Source: an uncultured delta proteobacterium (GTDB lineage: Bacteria; Myxococcota_A; Polyangia; Polyangiales; Polyangiaceae). From it: a stretch of 64,000 nt of DNA. Numbering within the stretch: position 1 is the stretch's first letter; every line of letters begins with the position of its first letter. The DNA is taken from contig CAVOKF010000003.1 in the NCBI GenBank assembly GCA_963696385.1, forward strand, positions 64,001 through 128,000. The letters are read 5' to 3'. The notes beneath the pieces were generated by a model. It saw only the letters and a program-made list of their open reading frames with translations. It had not been told where the DNA came from and made no database searches. A program made the position numbers and the translations under genes. Below, in pieces: positions 28,833 through 38,648 of this stretch.

Positions 28833-30060
28833 TCTTGTCGGGGGACTCGCCAGTTCCTCGCTGCACGTACTGCAGCGCACGATGCGGCGATCGCAACCAG
28901 TGCTCGTACAGCTTTGCCAGCTCGAGGCGCACCGATGGGTCGTCGATTTTCGCAGCGTGTGCCTCAAAGTCGGCTAGGGCGCGGGCCCGGTCACCCCGCG
29001 CCTTCGCGATATGAGCCCGCGTTCGCAACGTTTCTGCTGTCGCCTGACGTTCGACCGCGGCTTGCGCAAACTCACCGGCGCGCACCAACGCACCCGCCCG
29101 ATGAATGGTCCGAGCGACGCCCGCCAGATCATCGGCCGCGAGGCCACTTTCGAGCGGAGCGCCGTACAGGCCAAGGAGAGCTGCCATCGCAACGACGTCC
29201 CAAGCGTTGTGTTCGACGACGCCCAGGAGCGCACGGGGGTCGCCCGTACGAAGAAAGTGAAGGTAGAGCGCGCTCACGTCGCCTGAGGCAACGTCGTCCA
29301 CACGTTCGAACCCCAGGAGGGCGCGCTCGAGCGCGACCAAGCGGCACCCCTGCGGTATGCGCTTGCCGTGTATGCGACGCGCGACATGAAGCAAGTCGAG
29401 GTGCGGAGGCTCGGAGGGTGGCTGCATTCGAGCCATGACGAACCGGGTCCGCAACAACGGCATGTCGAAACTCTTGCCGTTGAATGTGACCAACGTCGAG
29501 GCCGCCGCGACGCGGGCATGTACACGCCTGAGCATGGGTGCTTCTTGGCCGAGCGATCGCAAGAGAAGCTGCTCGAGCACGAGCGTTGCGGCGCCTTCCC
29601 ACCACGCGAGCCCGACGAGAAATGCAACCGTTCCAGTCCCGCCCGCGAGCCCGGTCGTTTCGGTATCGAGGAAAAGCGCTTGACGCATATCGCATCGCGC
29701 AAATGCCGGGTCCAGCGCCAGCAAAGCGATCAAATCGGAATTGGCCTCGACCCCGCACGCGATCGGCACGCGACCGGTGCGGTGCGCCGCCGAGAGTCGC
29801 CGCGTCCGCACGTGCAACGGACCGTCGGGGGTTTCGACCAGCGAGAACGGGAGATCCGCCGTCCCGACGGGTGGCGGCCCAGTGCGGCGGGCCGTGCGTT
29901 CGATCGTGGATTGAATGCGATCGCGCAGTTCGTCGAGAACAACTTTGCGGGCAGCTTCAGCCCCTGAGCCCACGGCAAAACCCGCCGTGCTCGGCGAGGC
30001 GGGGGAGGCATTCGATGAGCTTGCCGAGCCGAGCCTCGAAAGTCGGGTGCGAACGGACAA
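28774..30060 (-). CDS. YprB/MrfB-like DEDDh exonuclease (RNase_H_2 + TPR)
   Basis: FLDTETTGLAGGTGT, TFNGKSFD, HLDLLH, HNAWD. Confidence 0.88.
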   Translation of the reverse strand: MSVRTRLSRLGSASSSNASPASPSTAGFAVGSGAEAARKVVLDELRDRIQSTIERTARRTGPPPVGTADLPFSLVETPDGPLHVRTRRLSAAHRTGRVPIACGVEANSDLIALLALDPAFARCDMRQALFLDTETTGLAGGTGTVAFLVGLAWWEGAATLVLEQLLLRSLGQEAPMLRRVHARVAAASTLVTFNGKSFDMPLLRTRFVMARMQPPSEPPHLDLLHVARRIHGKRIPQGCRLVALERALLGFERVDDVASGDVSALYLHFLRTGDPRALLGVVEHNAWDVVAMAALLGLYGAPLESGLAADDLAGVARTIHRAGALVRAGEFAQAAVERQATAETLRTRAHIAKARGDRARALADFEAHAAKIDDPSVRLELAKLYEHWLRSPHRALQYVQRGTGESPDKTRRRFERLERKTRQFKLDV

Positions 30061-30102
30061 GGATTAACTATACATTGGATCAGTATCCGACGCCAGAAAC
30101 CC

Positions 30103-30357
30103 AAACCCCGAAGCCATCCGCTGCGGCATCACGCGACCGAGGGGGACGATTAAAGTTTAAACCGAAGCGATTGCGACAGTGGCGTCAAACCAGCCGACGC
30201 CACAATTCAACGAAAGTAACGCACTGCGGCGTCGCACCATTCGACGGGCGACGATTAAACCGAAGTCATCCGCTACGGCGTCACACCAGCCGACGGGCGA
30301 CGATTAAGCGGCGGTGATCTGCTGCGCGTCACACCAGCCGACGGGCGACGATTAAGC
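30103..30357. repeat. Degenerate ~49-bp tandem array (about 5 units)
   Basis: GCGTCACACCAGCCGACGGGCGACGATTAA units, the last being the 3' end of the phosphatase gene. Confidence 0.8.
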
Positions 30358-32854
30358 TCACATCATCTTCCTGCACTTTGGTCCAGCTTCGCACCGCGCT
30401 GATGAGGTGGTCTCTGATAGCTTGCACGGGCTGATCGGCGACGCGTTCGACGATTGCGCACACGCGGTCCGGACCGAACTGCACCCCACGCTGGTCCTTT
30501 CCTTCGGTAACTCCGTCCGTGTAGAGAATCATGACGTCGCCGACTTCGAGCGAGATCGTCGTCTCGACCAACATGCTGTCGACGTTCGGAAAGGCACCGA
30601 CCCACGGACCGCGCGTTTCGAACCTCTCGCACTCTCCTCGTGACGCCCGGTGCACAATGATATCCTCGTGTGCTCCGGCATACACAACGGCGCCGCCGCC
30701 GTCGCATCGAAGAAGCGATAACGTCGCGTGCTCGTCCTGGCCCATGCGCCGGTGAACGTTGTCGTAAAGCACGGCATTCAGCACGCTAAAGACTTGGCAC
30801 GGCGAGGCACCCGGGTCGCGGCGTGCGAGTGCGGCCACGATACTTTGAATCATGAGCATCACGAGCCCCGGTTGCAACCCGTGCCCGGCGACGTCGCCGA
30901 TTCCGATCCAGCAGCCGGCAGCGAACGGGATGACATCGTAATAGTCGCCCCCGACCTCTGTTGCCGGGATCATGATCGCCGCGATGTCGAGATGTGGAAC
31001 CGCAAATTTCTTTGGGACGATCGTCGTCTGGATGCGGGCCGCGATCTCCATTTCCTTCTCGAGGCGCTCGCGCTCCGCTCGCTGGCGGCGGGTCGCTTCC
31101 TCGACCACCTGATTGACCAGCCGAGCTCCCTTCAGCGCGCTGCTGATCAGCTCGCGAAGGCCTTCGTAGACAGCGCCCTCGTGCGGGCCGACCTCGAAGA
31201 GGGCGAGACCGAGCTGCTCTCCGTGGAAGACGAGCGGCTCGGCCACGATGGTCCGCGGCCGCTGGTCGACCCATCCGCGCGGAGCCAGCTGTCGCGGGTC
31301 AAACGTCGGCTCGTCCGCGCTGCAATCGATTCGGTGGCCATCGTCGTAAAGAAAGAGCGGCCTGGCACGCCTCGTCAGTCCCGCCTGCTCGTAGACCGAG
31401 AAGGCACACGCGGGTATCTGCAGGCGGGGTAGCTGCCTCGCAACCGCCTCCACGAGAGCGCTTTCCCCGAACGCCGTCATAAGCGCTTCGCTCGTCTCGT
31501 GAAGCGTGCGAATCCAACGCTCGCGCCGAATGCGGTGCTGGGCCTGGAGCCGCTCGCGGAGGTCGCCGACCACGGCGCGCCCGCGATGAAGAACTTCGTC
31601 AGTTCTAAGCCGGCCACGGAAATCGTCGGTCGCGGCGATGGAGACGCTGCTGAGCAAGGACAAGACGGCGTGCCAAGGGCGAACGCTCCCACCGGCGCCG
31701 ACGACCCGGCGGAGCGTCGCCTCGAGTGAGGTCACGAAGTGGTCCGTAGCGCCGTCGCGCACGTCGGCCACGAACGCGTCGAATAGGGCCTCCATCCAGT
31801 CGGGCGCTATGCGCGCGTGCTCAGGTGCCACGACGTTGGCCATCCGCGCAAGGGTCTGCTCGCGCCCTGCGAGCAGGTGATCGGCGATCGAGGCGACATC
31901 AGCAAGCGCGCCGGGCGTTTCGGTCCGTATGGCTCCCTCGGCGTTGCAGCCACATGATTCGCGCAAGACGAGCATCGTGTCGAGGACGACGTGTTCGGGC
32001 CGCTCCTGGCCGTGCAGCATCGCCACGATAATGTTTGCGCCGTGCCGTCCCGAGTCATAGAGAGGCTGCCGGACCGTCGTGAGCGAAGGGCTCGCGAACC
32101 GCGCCTCATCAATGTCGTCGAACCCTGCCACGCCAATGCGTCGGGGTACATCGAAAGCACGCGCCTGGAGAGCCTCCATCGCGCCGAGCGCCATCAAATC
32201 GTTCGCCGCCACGACGGCGTCAAAATGCACTCGTCGTTCGTCGCACAGGACGCGTACGGCTTCGGCGCCCGACAGCGCATTAAAGTCACCGATCGTGACC
32301 AGGCGGGGGTCGAACCCAATGCCGTGGCGGCCCAGCGCTTCAACATAAGCGCCGTACCTCCGTTCGGCCTCTTCGTTGCCGACCGGCCCGCGCACGAACG
32401 CGATCCTCTGCTTCGCATGGGCGACCACCATGTGCTCCAGGAGCCGTCGCATCCCTCCGGCGTTGTCGACCAGCACGCAGGGTCGCCCGGGAAGCTCGAC
32501 CGCAAGCGCACACACGGGCAGAGGGGCGAAACGCGAGCAGTAGGCCGACAGCGCCTCCGGCCCAATATGATTGCCGAGTGGCGTCAAAACGATCACGCCG
32601 TCGATGCGCGTCGGATCGATCAAGTCGTAAAGCGCATTGCGTTGCGAGGACGACCGGTCCGGTGAATCGATGACCCCGCCACAAAAGAGGACCACCGAGT
32701 GGCCGAGATCGCGAAGCGCGTCGCTTGCGCCAAACAATACCGTGTTCTGGTACTCGTCGAGCACACTGTCCGACAGGATCGCAATCGTCCACCGCCTGTT
32801 CCCCTTCCCGGCCGAACCGTGATGACTCATCGTGGCCTCGAGGCGAGATTCCAT
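30329..32854 (-). CDS. LacI-type sugar-binding domain + SpoIIE/PP2C phosphatase
   Basis: AANDLMALG, PSLTTVRQP; VGGDYYD, GDVAGHG, YTDGVTE, EDDVS. Confidence 0.92.
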   Translation of the reverse strand: MESRLEATMSHHGSAGKGNRRWTIAILSDSVLDEYQNTVLFGASDALRDLGHSVVLFCGGVIDSPDRSSSQRNALYDLIDPTRIDGVIVLTPLGNHIGPEALSAYCSRFAPLPVCALAVELPGRPCVLVDNAGGMRRLLEHMVVAHAKQRIAFVRGPVGNEEAERRYGAYVEALGRHGIGFDPRLVTIGDFNALSGAEAVRVLCDERRVHFDAVVAANDLMALGAMEALQARAFDVPRRIGVAGFDDIDEARFASPSLTTVRQPLYDSGRHGANIIVAMLHGQERPEHVVLDTMLVLRESCGCNAEGAIRTETPGALADVASIADHLLAGREQTLARMANVVAPEHARIAPDWMEALFDAFVADVRDGATDHFVTSLEATLRRVVGAGGSVRPWHAVLSLLSSVSIAATDDFRGRLRTDEVLHRGRAVVGDLRERLQAQHRIRRERWIRTLHETSEALMTAFGESALVEAVARQLPRLQIPACAFSVYEQAGLTRRARPLFLYDDGHRIDCSADEPTFDPRQLAPRGWVDQRPRTIVAEPLVFHGEQLGLALFEVGPHEGAVYEGLRELISSALKGARLVNQVVEEATRRQRAERERLEKEMEIAARIQTTIVPKKFAVPHLDIAAIMIPATEVGGDYYDVIPFAAGCWIGIGDVAGHGLQPGLVMLMIQSIVAALARRDPGASPCQVFSVLNAVLYDNVHRRMGQDEHATLSLLRCDGGGAVVYAGAHEDIIVHRASRGECERFETRGPWVGAFPNVDSMLVETTISLEVGDVMILYTDGVTEGKDQRGVQFGPDRVCAIVERVADQPVQAIRDHLISAVRSWTKVQEDDVSLIVARRLV

Positions 32855-32876
32855 GGTACCGCGCGGCGATCTTGCT

Positions 32877-34397
32877 TCAAGGCTTCAAGCCGATCTCCGG
32901 TCCGATCACACGGTCCATCGGCCGCGCCGGGCCGATGAGGTCCTTGACGGAACGCACACAGTTTCGCCCTCGTGCCTTCGCTTCGTAGAGAGCGGCATCG
33001 GCACCACGCGCCAAGTCTTCGAATACCCAGGGTGCCGGAGCGTGAGCTACTCCAATCGAAACCGTAACGCGCAGAATGCTTCCATCGGCAACGGTCGTCG
33101 TCGCGTCCTCGATGGCTCGGCGCAATCGCTCGCCCGTCGTGAGTCCGCCCACGGGTTCGGCGCACGGAAGGGCAATCAAGAACTCCTCACCGCCCCAACG
33201 CGCGATGTAGTCGCTTTGACGAAGTGCCTGCATCGCCGTGGTGGCCACGGTCTGAATAACCCGATCCCCGGCGAAATGACCATACCGGTCATTTACCTGT
33301 TTGAAGTGGTCGATGTCGAGAATCAAAACTGCCAACGCATGCCCGTAGCGCTGGGACCGGTTGTTCTCGCGAGCGATTTGCTCAAGGAGCGCCCGTCGGT
33401 TCATCAAGCCCGTCAGCGGATCGGTCGCCGCGGTACGCCGGGCTTCTTCGAGCAATGACACGATGCGCCACGGCCCCCCCAGCTCCGAAGCGATGAGGTC
33501 GACAGTGCGACGCCCAGCGTGCGTATGGCTCCGCCGCGGCAGCCCGATCGCGAATTGCCCGCATTGCCTGTTTCCGGAGAACACCGGAACCTCGACCGCG
33601 ATCCACACGTCGGTAGCAAGACCTCGCCCCGCAGCTGGACGAAACACGGCACACCGAACATCACCTGCCACGCCGAATGCCGCCCGAGCCGAGGCCTCGG
33701 ACTGAGCCCGCCGTACGACCGGTGCGCTGAGGAAAATGCCGGGCGTCGGTCCCTCGACGAGCAAAGCGACCCAAACGGGAGCCAGAAGGTGGCGCACCAG
33801 GGTCTCGAGTCCGAAAAAAAACTGCTCGTACCCATCGAACGCGGCAAGCGCTCTCACCTCGGCGGCCACGACCGCTTCGAACATGGCGTCGTCGAGCGCC
33901 TGCGATAGCCGTCGCGTCAGCCGCTCCTTCGTAATCGGCTCAGACGCCGGTCGCCCGCTCAACGGCGTGATCCGGCTAAACCTGTCAAGCAACGGCGGGA
34001 GCTCGCTCTCGAGCGAATGGGGCACGTGTGCGCGTGGACACGTCGCATTCGCGAACAGACGTGCCCGGCTGTCCCCGGGCGCGACTAACAATACGAGGAC
34101 GACGTCCGCCAAGGAGGCCTCTTGCTCCAGAAGACGAAAGAGCTGAGTCCCCGACATGTCGGGCAGATCGACTTCAGCGACAATCGCATCGACCGTCTCC
34201 GTCGTTGCGATTTCGATTGCCGTTGTGCCGTCGGTGCAATTCAACACCGTCCAACCGTGGGTCTCGAGAACGCGGGTCACACGCTCTCGAATGGTATCGT
34301 CCTTGGCGACGACGACTCCGGCGTGCAATTTGGTACACTCGGACTGCGGCCCGGGGTCGACCTTCTCGTCCGGGCGGGAGCCGCCGTGCAGTGTCAT
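32877..34397 (-). CDS. REC-GGDEF diguanylate cyclase
   Basis: TDPLTGLMNRR, DIDHFKQVND, RQSD...GGEEF. Confidence 0.92.
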   Translation of the reverse strand: MTLHGGSRPDEKVDPGPQSECTKLHAGVVVAKDDTIRERVTRVLETHGWTVLNCTDGTTAIEIATTETVDAIVAEVDLPDMSGTQLFRLLEQEASLADVVLVLLVAPGDSRARLFANATCPRAHVPHSLESELPPLLDRFSRITPLSGRPASEPITKERLTRRLSQALDDAMFEAVVAAEVRALAAFDGYEQFFFGLETLVRHLLAPVWVALLVEGPTPGIFLSAPVVRRAQSEASARAAFGVAGDVRCAVFRPAAGRGLATDVWIAVEVPVFSGNRQCGQFAIGLPRRSHTHAGRRTVDLIASELGGPWRIVSLLEEARRTAATDPLTGLMNRRALLEQIARENNRSQRYGHALAVLILDIDHFKQVNDRYGHFAGDRVIQTVATTAMQALRQSDYIARWGGEEFLIALPCAEPVGGLTTGERLRRAIEDATTTVADGSILRVTVSIGVAHAPAPWVFEDLARGADAALYEAKARGRNCVRSVKDLIGPARPMDRVIGPEIGLKP

Positions 34398-34446
34398 CGA
34401 CTTCGCTTCTCCCGTTTCCGTTCATCATTTTAGCATGGTCGAGGCA

Positions 34447-34944
34447 ATGCCCCAGCTTTACGCCGACGAACGCGTCTATTTCGAGCTCGTGTTTCGGCCA
34501 AGCGTGGTCCTGACGACTTCCGTTCGGCGTTTCGTGTCGGATTTTTATGAACGGGTTCTCGACGACGAGGATTCGACGTCGCGGCTCGCCATGGCGACTC
34601 AGGAACTTCTGGAGAACGCGGTCAAGTACGGATCCCATGGCGAGACGGTGCTCCGTATCGAGGTCCTCCGAAGCGAAGGGCTTGTCCGCATCCACACCAG
34701 CAATAGAAGCGATGCGCTGAACATCGCGATCCTCGAGCGCCGAATCTCGGAGATGCGATCGGCCGCGGATCCCTTTGGGTTCTACCAACGGCTCCTGCGC
34801 GCGACCGTGCATGAGCCTGCCGGATCGGGTCTTGGACTCGCTCGCATTCGATGCGAGGGCGAGATGGAGGTGGACTTGACCGTCGAGGGCGACCGCGTAG
34901 CCATCAACGCGATCGCGCGGACCCATTCGGTGGTGCCGTCGTGA
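34447..34944 (+). CDS. SiaB/RsbW-like HATPase kinase
   Basis: ELLENAVKYG, GSGLGLARIR. Confidence 0.85.
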   Translation: MPQLYADERVYFELVFRPSVVLTTSVRRFVSDFYERVLDDEDSTSRLAMATQELLENAVKYGSHGETVLRIEVLRSEGLVRIHTSNRSDALNIAILERRISEMRSAADPFGFYQRLLRATVHEPAGSGLGLARIRCEGEMEVDLTVEGDRVAINAIARTHSVVPS

Positions 34945-35303
34945 GAGAGCACCTCGACGGATTTTCCTCGCGGATCGCACGCAGCGGCGAGGCGCTCCAC
35001 GTGCTTCTCGAGGGAGACGCGAACATGAATGCGGTCGAAGACGTGGGTCGCGCGCTCGACGAAGTGAACAAAACGGCCCTGCGCGAGAACGTGAGTGTCG
35101 TCGTGATCGATGTGCGCAATCTGGAATTCATGAACTCGTCTTGCTTCAAGAAATTCGTGTCTTGGTTAGGTCACGTGCAGGAGCTTCCTAGGGAAACGCA
35201 GTATATGATTCGGTTTCTTTCGGATCCGAAGATGCACTGGCAGCGCCGTAGTCTTCACGTCCTTCAGTGCTTCGCACCGGACGTCGTTACCGTCGAGACG
35301 TGA
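34941..35303 (+). CDS. SiaC-like STAS-fold protein
   Basis: IDVRNLEFMNSSCFK; GTGA-coupled to the kinase. Confidence 0.8.
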   Translation: MREHLDGFSSRIARSGEALHVLLEGDANMNAVEDVGRALDEVNKTALRENVSVVVIDVRNLEFMNSSCFKKFVSWLGHVQELPRETQYMIRFLSDPKMHWQRRSLHVLQCFAPDVVTVET

Positions 35304-35377
35304 CTCCGGGTCGCGGAATGCGGTCTTCTGGCGGAGCGGGAGGCGAGCGTCTCGCGGCGTGCTGGGCAGCGTGGAGT

Positions 35378-35833
35378 TTACTCCAGGACGCCGCTCCGGC
35401 CCTCCATCGCGGCGCGAAGCATCTCGTGCATGCCCATGGCCAGCCACGTTGGAAGGTCCGCGGGCGCGAACAGTCGAGCCTCGGTGATTTCAAGTGGATT
35501 GGACGGCTCACGCAAGAGAGGCCCGATTCGGCACTCGACCAAGATCGTTACAGCGTGTAGCCGCGGGTCGCGATCGGGGCGCGAGAAGACTCCGACCAGG
35601 CGGACAATCTCGCAGCGGTCGACGCCGGCTTCCTCGGCGAGCTCACGAGCGATGCTCGAACGCAATGTCTCGCCCCATTCGAGCGTGCCGCCCGGTAGGG
35701 CCCATTCGTCCATGTCCGCGCGCCGCACCAGCAGCCATTGGCCATCGTCGGTGCAGGCGGCGGCCGCGATGCCCACAACCGGCCGCCGGATCACATGGCG
35801 GGCCACTTCCTTCACAATTGCGAAAGCACCCAT
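35378..35833 (-). CDS. NUDIX hydrolase
   Basis: GGTLEWGETLRSSIARELAEEAG Nudix box. Confidence 0.92.
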   Translation of the reverse strand: MGAFAIVKEVARHVIRRPVVGIAAAACTDDGQWLLVRRADMDEWALPGGTLEWGETLRSSIARELAEEAGVDRCEIVRLVGVFSRPDRDPRLHAVTILVECRIGPLLREPSNPLEITEARLFAPADLPTWLAMGMHEMLRAAMEGRSGVLE

Positions 35834-35981
35834 TGGAATGCGAAGCCGCAGCATGGGTCGAGGCATACCACCGCGTCGCGTCCCGATCTTCCGACGAGCC
35901 GATTTCCGCCTACTGAAGGAATCGTACGCGCCGCGCAGCGGCAACGTTGAATACGCCTCATGCGTGGACTACCAACGCGGC

Positions 35982-38546
35982 ATGCCGACGCTGAGGCATT
36001 TCACCGTGGTACCGCGGCTGCCGCCCGCCCTCGAGCGCCTCCGCGACATTGCCTACAACCTCTGGTGGTCGTGGTCGCCCGCAGGCGAAGAGCTCTTTGC
36101 GCGCCTCGATCCGGACCTCTGGGAGACCGCCCACGGAAATCCAATCGAGCTTCTGGCTAGCGTTGACCAGCCTCGCCTCGACGAGCTTGCGAACGACGAT
36201 GCCTTCACCGGTCAGCTCGATGCCACGTGGCAGCTGCTTGAACGCTACCTGCAGCGCGAAGGCTGGTTTTCGCGATCTTTCCCCGAGACGGCGGGTGCAC
36301 GACTTGCTTATTTCTCGATGGAGTACGGAATTCACGAGTGTCTGCCGATTTACTCCGGAGGCCTCGGGGTGTTGGCCGGAGACCATCTCAAGGCGGCCAG
36401 CGATCTCGGCGTGCCACTCATCGGCGTCGGGTTAGCCTACGCGGAGGGATACTTCCGCCAGGCGCTCAACACCGACGGCTGGCAGGGCGAACGCTATCCG
36501 ATCAATGACTGGCGCCGGATGCCGGTTCTGCCGGTGCTCGACGACGCACGGAACCGCCTTCTCATTCGTGTGCAGTATCCGCATGGCATCGTGCACGCCC
36601 AGCTTTGGAAGGTTCAGGTGGGGCGTGTCCCGCTGATGCTTCTCGACGCGAATCTCGAGCAAAACTCACCGGCCGATCGAGCGATCACCGGCCCCTTGTA
36701 CGGCGGGGACCAAGAGTTTCGGGTCCGGCAGGAAATCATGCTCGGGATCGGGGGCATTCACGCACTGGAAGCCATGAAGCTATCGCCGACCGTTTGTCAC
36801 ATGAACGAGGGACACTCGGCGTTTCTAGCGATCGAGCGCATCGGGCGCGTCATGAGGGAGCGCAAGGTCTCGTTTCACGTGGCCAGCGAAGCGAATAGCG
36901 CCGGCAACATTTTCACGACTCACACCCCCGTGCCGGCAGGAAATGACGCGTTCGATCCCGGCCTCGTGCGGCGCTACCTCGAACCGTACCGGTCGGCGCT
37001 CGGCATCTCGGACGCCGAGTTGCTGGGCCTAGGACGTATCGATGCCCGCGACCAGGGCGCCCCGTTCTCGATGCCGATCCTCGCGTTTCGTACGTCGGAT
37101 CACTATAACGGCGTGAGCGAGCTGCACGGCGAGGTTTCACGTACGATGTGGCAAGGCCTTTGGCCCGAGCTCCCGACGCACGAAATTCCTATCGAGTCGA
37201 TCACGAACGGCGTGCACACCTCGTCGTGGGTCGCCCACGAGATGGGAGCTCTATTCACTCGTTATCTGGGACCGCGCTGGTCCGAGCATCCCGACGATGC
37301 GGATCTCTGGGAACGCGCCTACGAGATCCCGGACGCCGAGCTCTGGCAGGTGCATGAGCATCGCCGGCACCGATTGGTTCAACACGCACGGCGGTGGTCG
37401 CGAGCGGCCGCCGATCGCCGTGGCGCGGGACTGGAGGAATTGGAGCTTGCAGACGAGGTCCTCGACCCGCAGGCGTTGACGATTGGCTTCGCGCGACGCT
37501 TCGCCACGTACAAGCGCGCGACGCTGTTGTTTACCGATCTGGAGCGCGTCAAGAGACTTTTGGGCGACCCGCTTCGCCCCATGCAGCTCGTTTTCGCCGG
37601 CAAAGCGCATCCGCAGGATCGCGGCGGCAAGGATCTGATTCGCTCGATCATTCACGCCAGCCGCGATCCGGGGTTGCGGGGCCGCGTCGTATTCCTGGAG
37701 GATTACGACATGCGCATGGCACGCGCGCTCGTGAGCGGCGTCGACGTATGGCTCAATACTCCACGCCGCCCGCTGGAGGCGAGCGGCACCAGCGGTATGA
37801 AGGCCGCGGCCAACGGGGGCCTCAACCTAAGCGTTCTCGACGGCTGGTTCGCCGAGGCGTGGCGCGATCACGGGTGCGATGTCGGCTGGGCCATCGGGCG
37901 CGGCGAAGAGTACCTCGACGCGAGCGGAGACGCCCGGGAAGCCGAGCTGCTCTACGACGTTCTCGAGCGTGAGGTGGTCCCCCTATTTTATGATCGCGAC
38001 GGCGTCGGGCGACTGCCACGCGCCTGGATCAAACGCATGAAGCACGCGATCGCGAAGCTCGTTCCGCGTTACAACACGGCGCGCATGGTTCGCGACTACG
38101 CCCGGCGCTTTTACGTTCCGGGGATCAAGCTTTCCCATAACCTCATGGACGACGATCTCGCGGCGGCCAAGGCGCTCACTGCTTGGAAAGACCGGGTCCG
38201 CGACGCCTGGCCTGGCGTTTCCGTTCGCGAGGTTCGGCTCGAGTCACGCGATGAAGTCGCCGTCGGCGAAGCGCTCAAAGTCACCGCGACGGTGCATCTC
38301 GGCGCACTCGACCCTCAAGATGTCGCGGTTGAGCTATACCACGGGCCGACCGGCGGCGGGCACGAGATTGCGCAAGGGCGCATCGTGCGGATGCGCCCCG
38401 TCGAACGGACAGATGACGGCCAGTGGCGATATTCGGGAGAAATCGCGACGGGCCAAAGTGGAGCTCACGCCTTCGCAGCGCGCGTCGTCCCCTACAGCGA
38501 AGCGATGACCCATCCCTACGAAACGTCCCTGATTCGCTGGGCGTGA
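35982..38546 (+). CDS. glgP: Alpha-glucan (glycogen) phosphorylase
   Basis: YFSMEYG, YSGGLGVLAGD, FARRFATYKR, EASGTSGMK. Confidence 0.96.
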   Translation: MPTLRHFTVVPRLPPALERLRDIAYNLWWSWSPAGEELFARLDPDLWETAHGNPIELLASVDQPRLDELANDDAFTGQLDATWQLLERYLQREGWFSRSFPETAGARLAYFSMEYGIHECLPIYSGGLGVLAGDHLKAASDLGVPLIGVGLAYAEGYFRQALNTDGWQGERYPINDWRRMPVLPVLDDARNRLLIRVQYPHGIVHAQLWKVQVGRVPLMLLDANLEQNSPADRAITGPLYGGDQEFRVRQEIMLGIGGIHALEAMKLSPTVCHMNEGHSAFLAIERIGRVMRERKVSFHVASEANSAGNIFTTHTPVPAGNDAFDPGLVRRYLEPYRSALGISDAELLGLGRIDARDQGAPFSMPILAFRTSDHYNGVSELHGEVSRTMWQGLWPELPTHEIPIESITNGVHTSSWVAHEMGALFTRYLGPRWSEHPDDADLWERAYEIPDAELWQVHEHRRHRLVQHARRWSRAAADRRGAGLEELELADEVLDPQALTIGFARRFATYKRATLLFTDLERVKRLLGDPLRPMQLVFAGKAHPQDRGGKDLIRSIIHASRDPGLRGRVVFLEDYDMRMARALVSGVDVWLNTPRRPLEASGTSGMKAAANGGLNLSVLDGWFAEAWRDHGCDVGWAIGRGEEYLDASGDAREAELLYDVLEREVVPLFYDRDGVGRLPRAWIKRMKHAIAKLVPRYNTARMVRDYARRFYVPGIKLSHNLMDDDLAAAKALTAWKDRVRDAWPGVSVREVRLESRDEVAVGEALKVTATVHLGALDPQDVAVELYHGPTGGGHEIAQGRIVRMRPVERTDDGQWRYSGEIATGQSGAHAFAARVVPYSEAMTHPYETSLIRWA

Positions 38547-38648
38547 TTCCTACCAGGCTCGCCGCCGAAATGCTCGGGTCGGTGAACAAACCGGATGCAT
38601 CCGTGACGGTTGGGGACCGTCCTCTTCCGTCGCACGCACACGCCACGC

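Noticed and set aside
30103..30357. CRISPR array
   Set aside because: Inter-repeat segments are short and resemble each other, the unit derives from a CDS end, and there are no cas genes
35430..35981. N-terminal extension of glgP (1038-aa ORF)
   Set aside because: Overlaps the NUDIX gene antisense; phosphorylase similarity begins at ATG 35982
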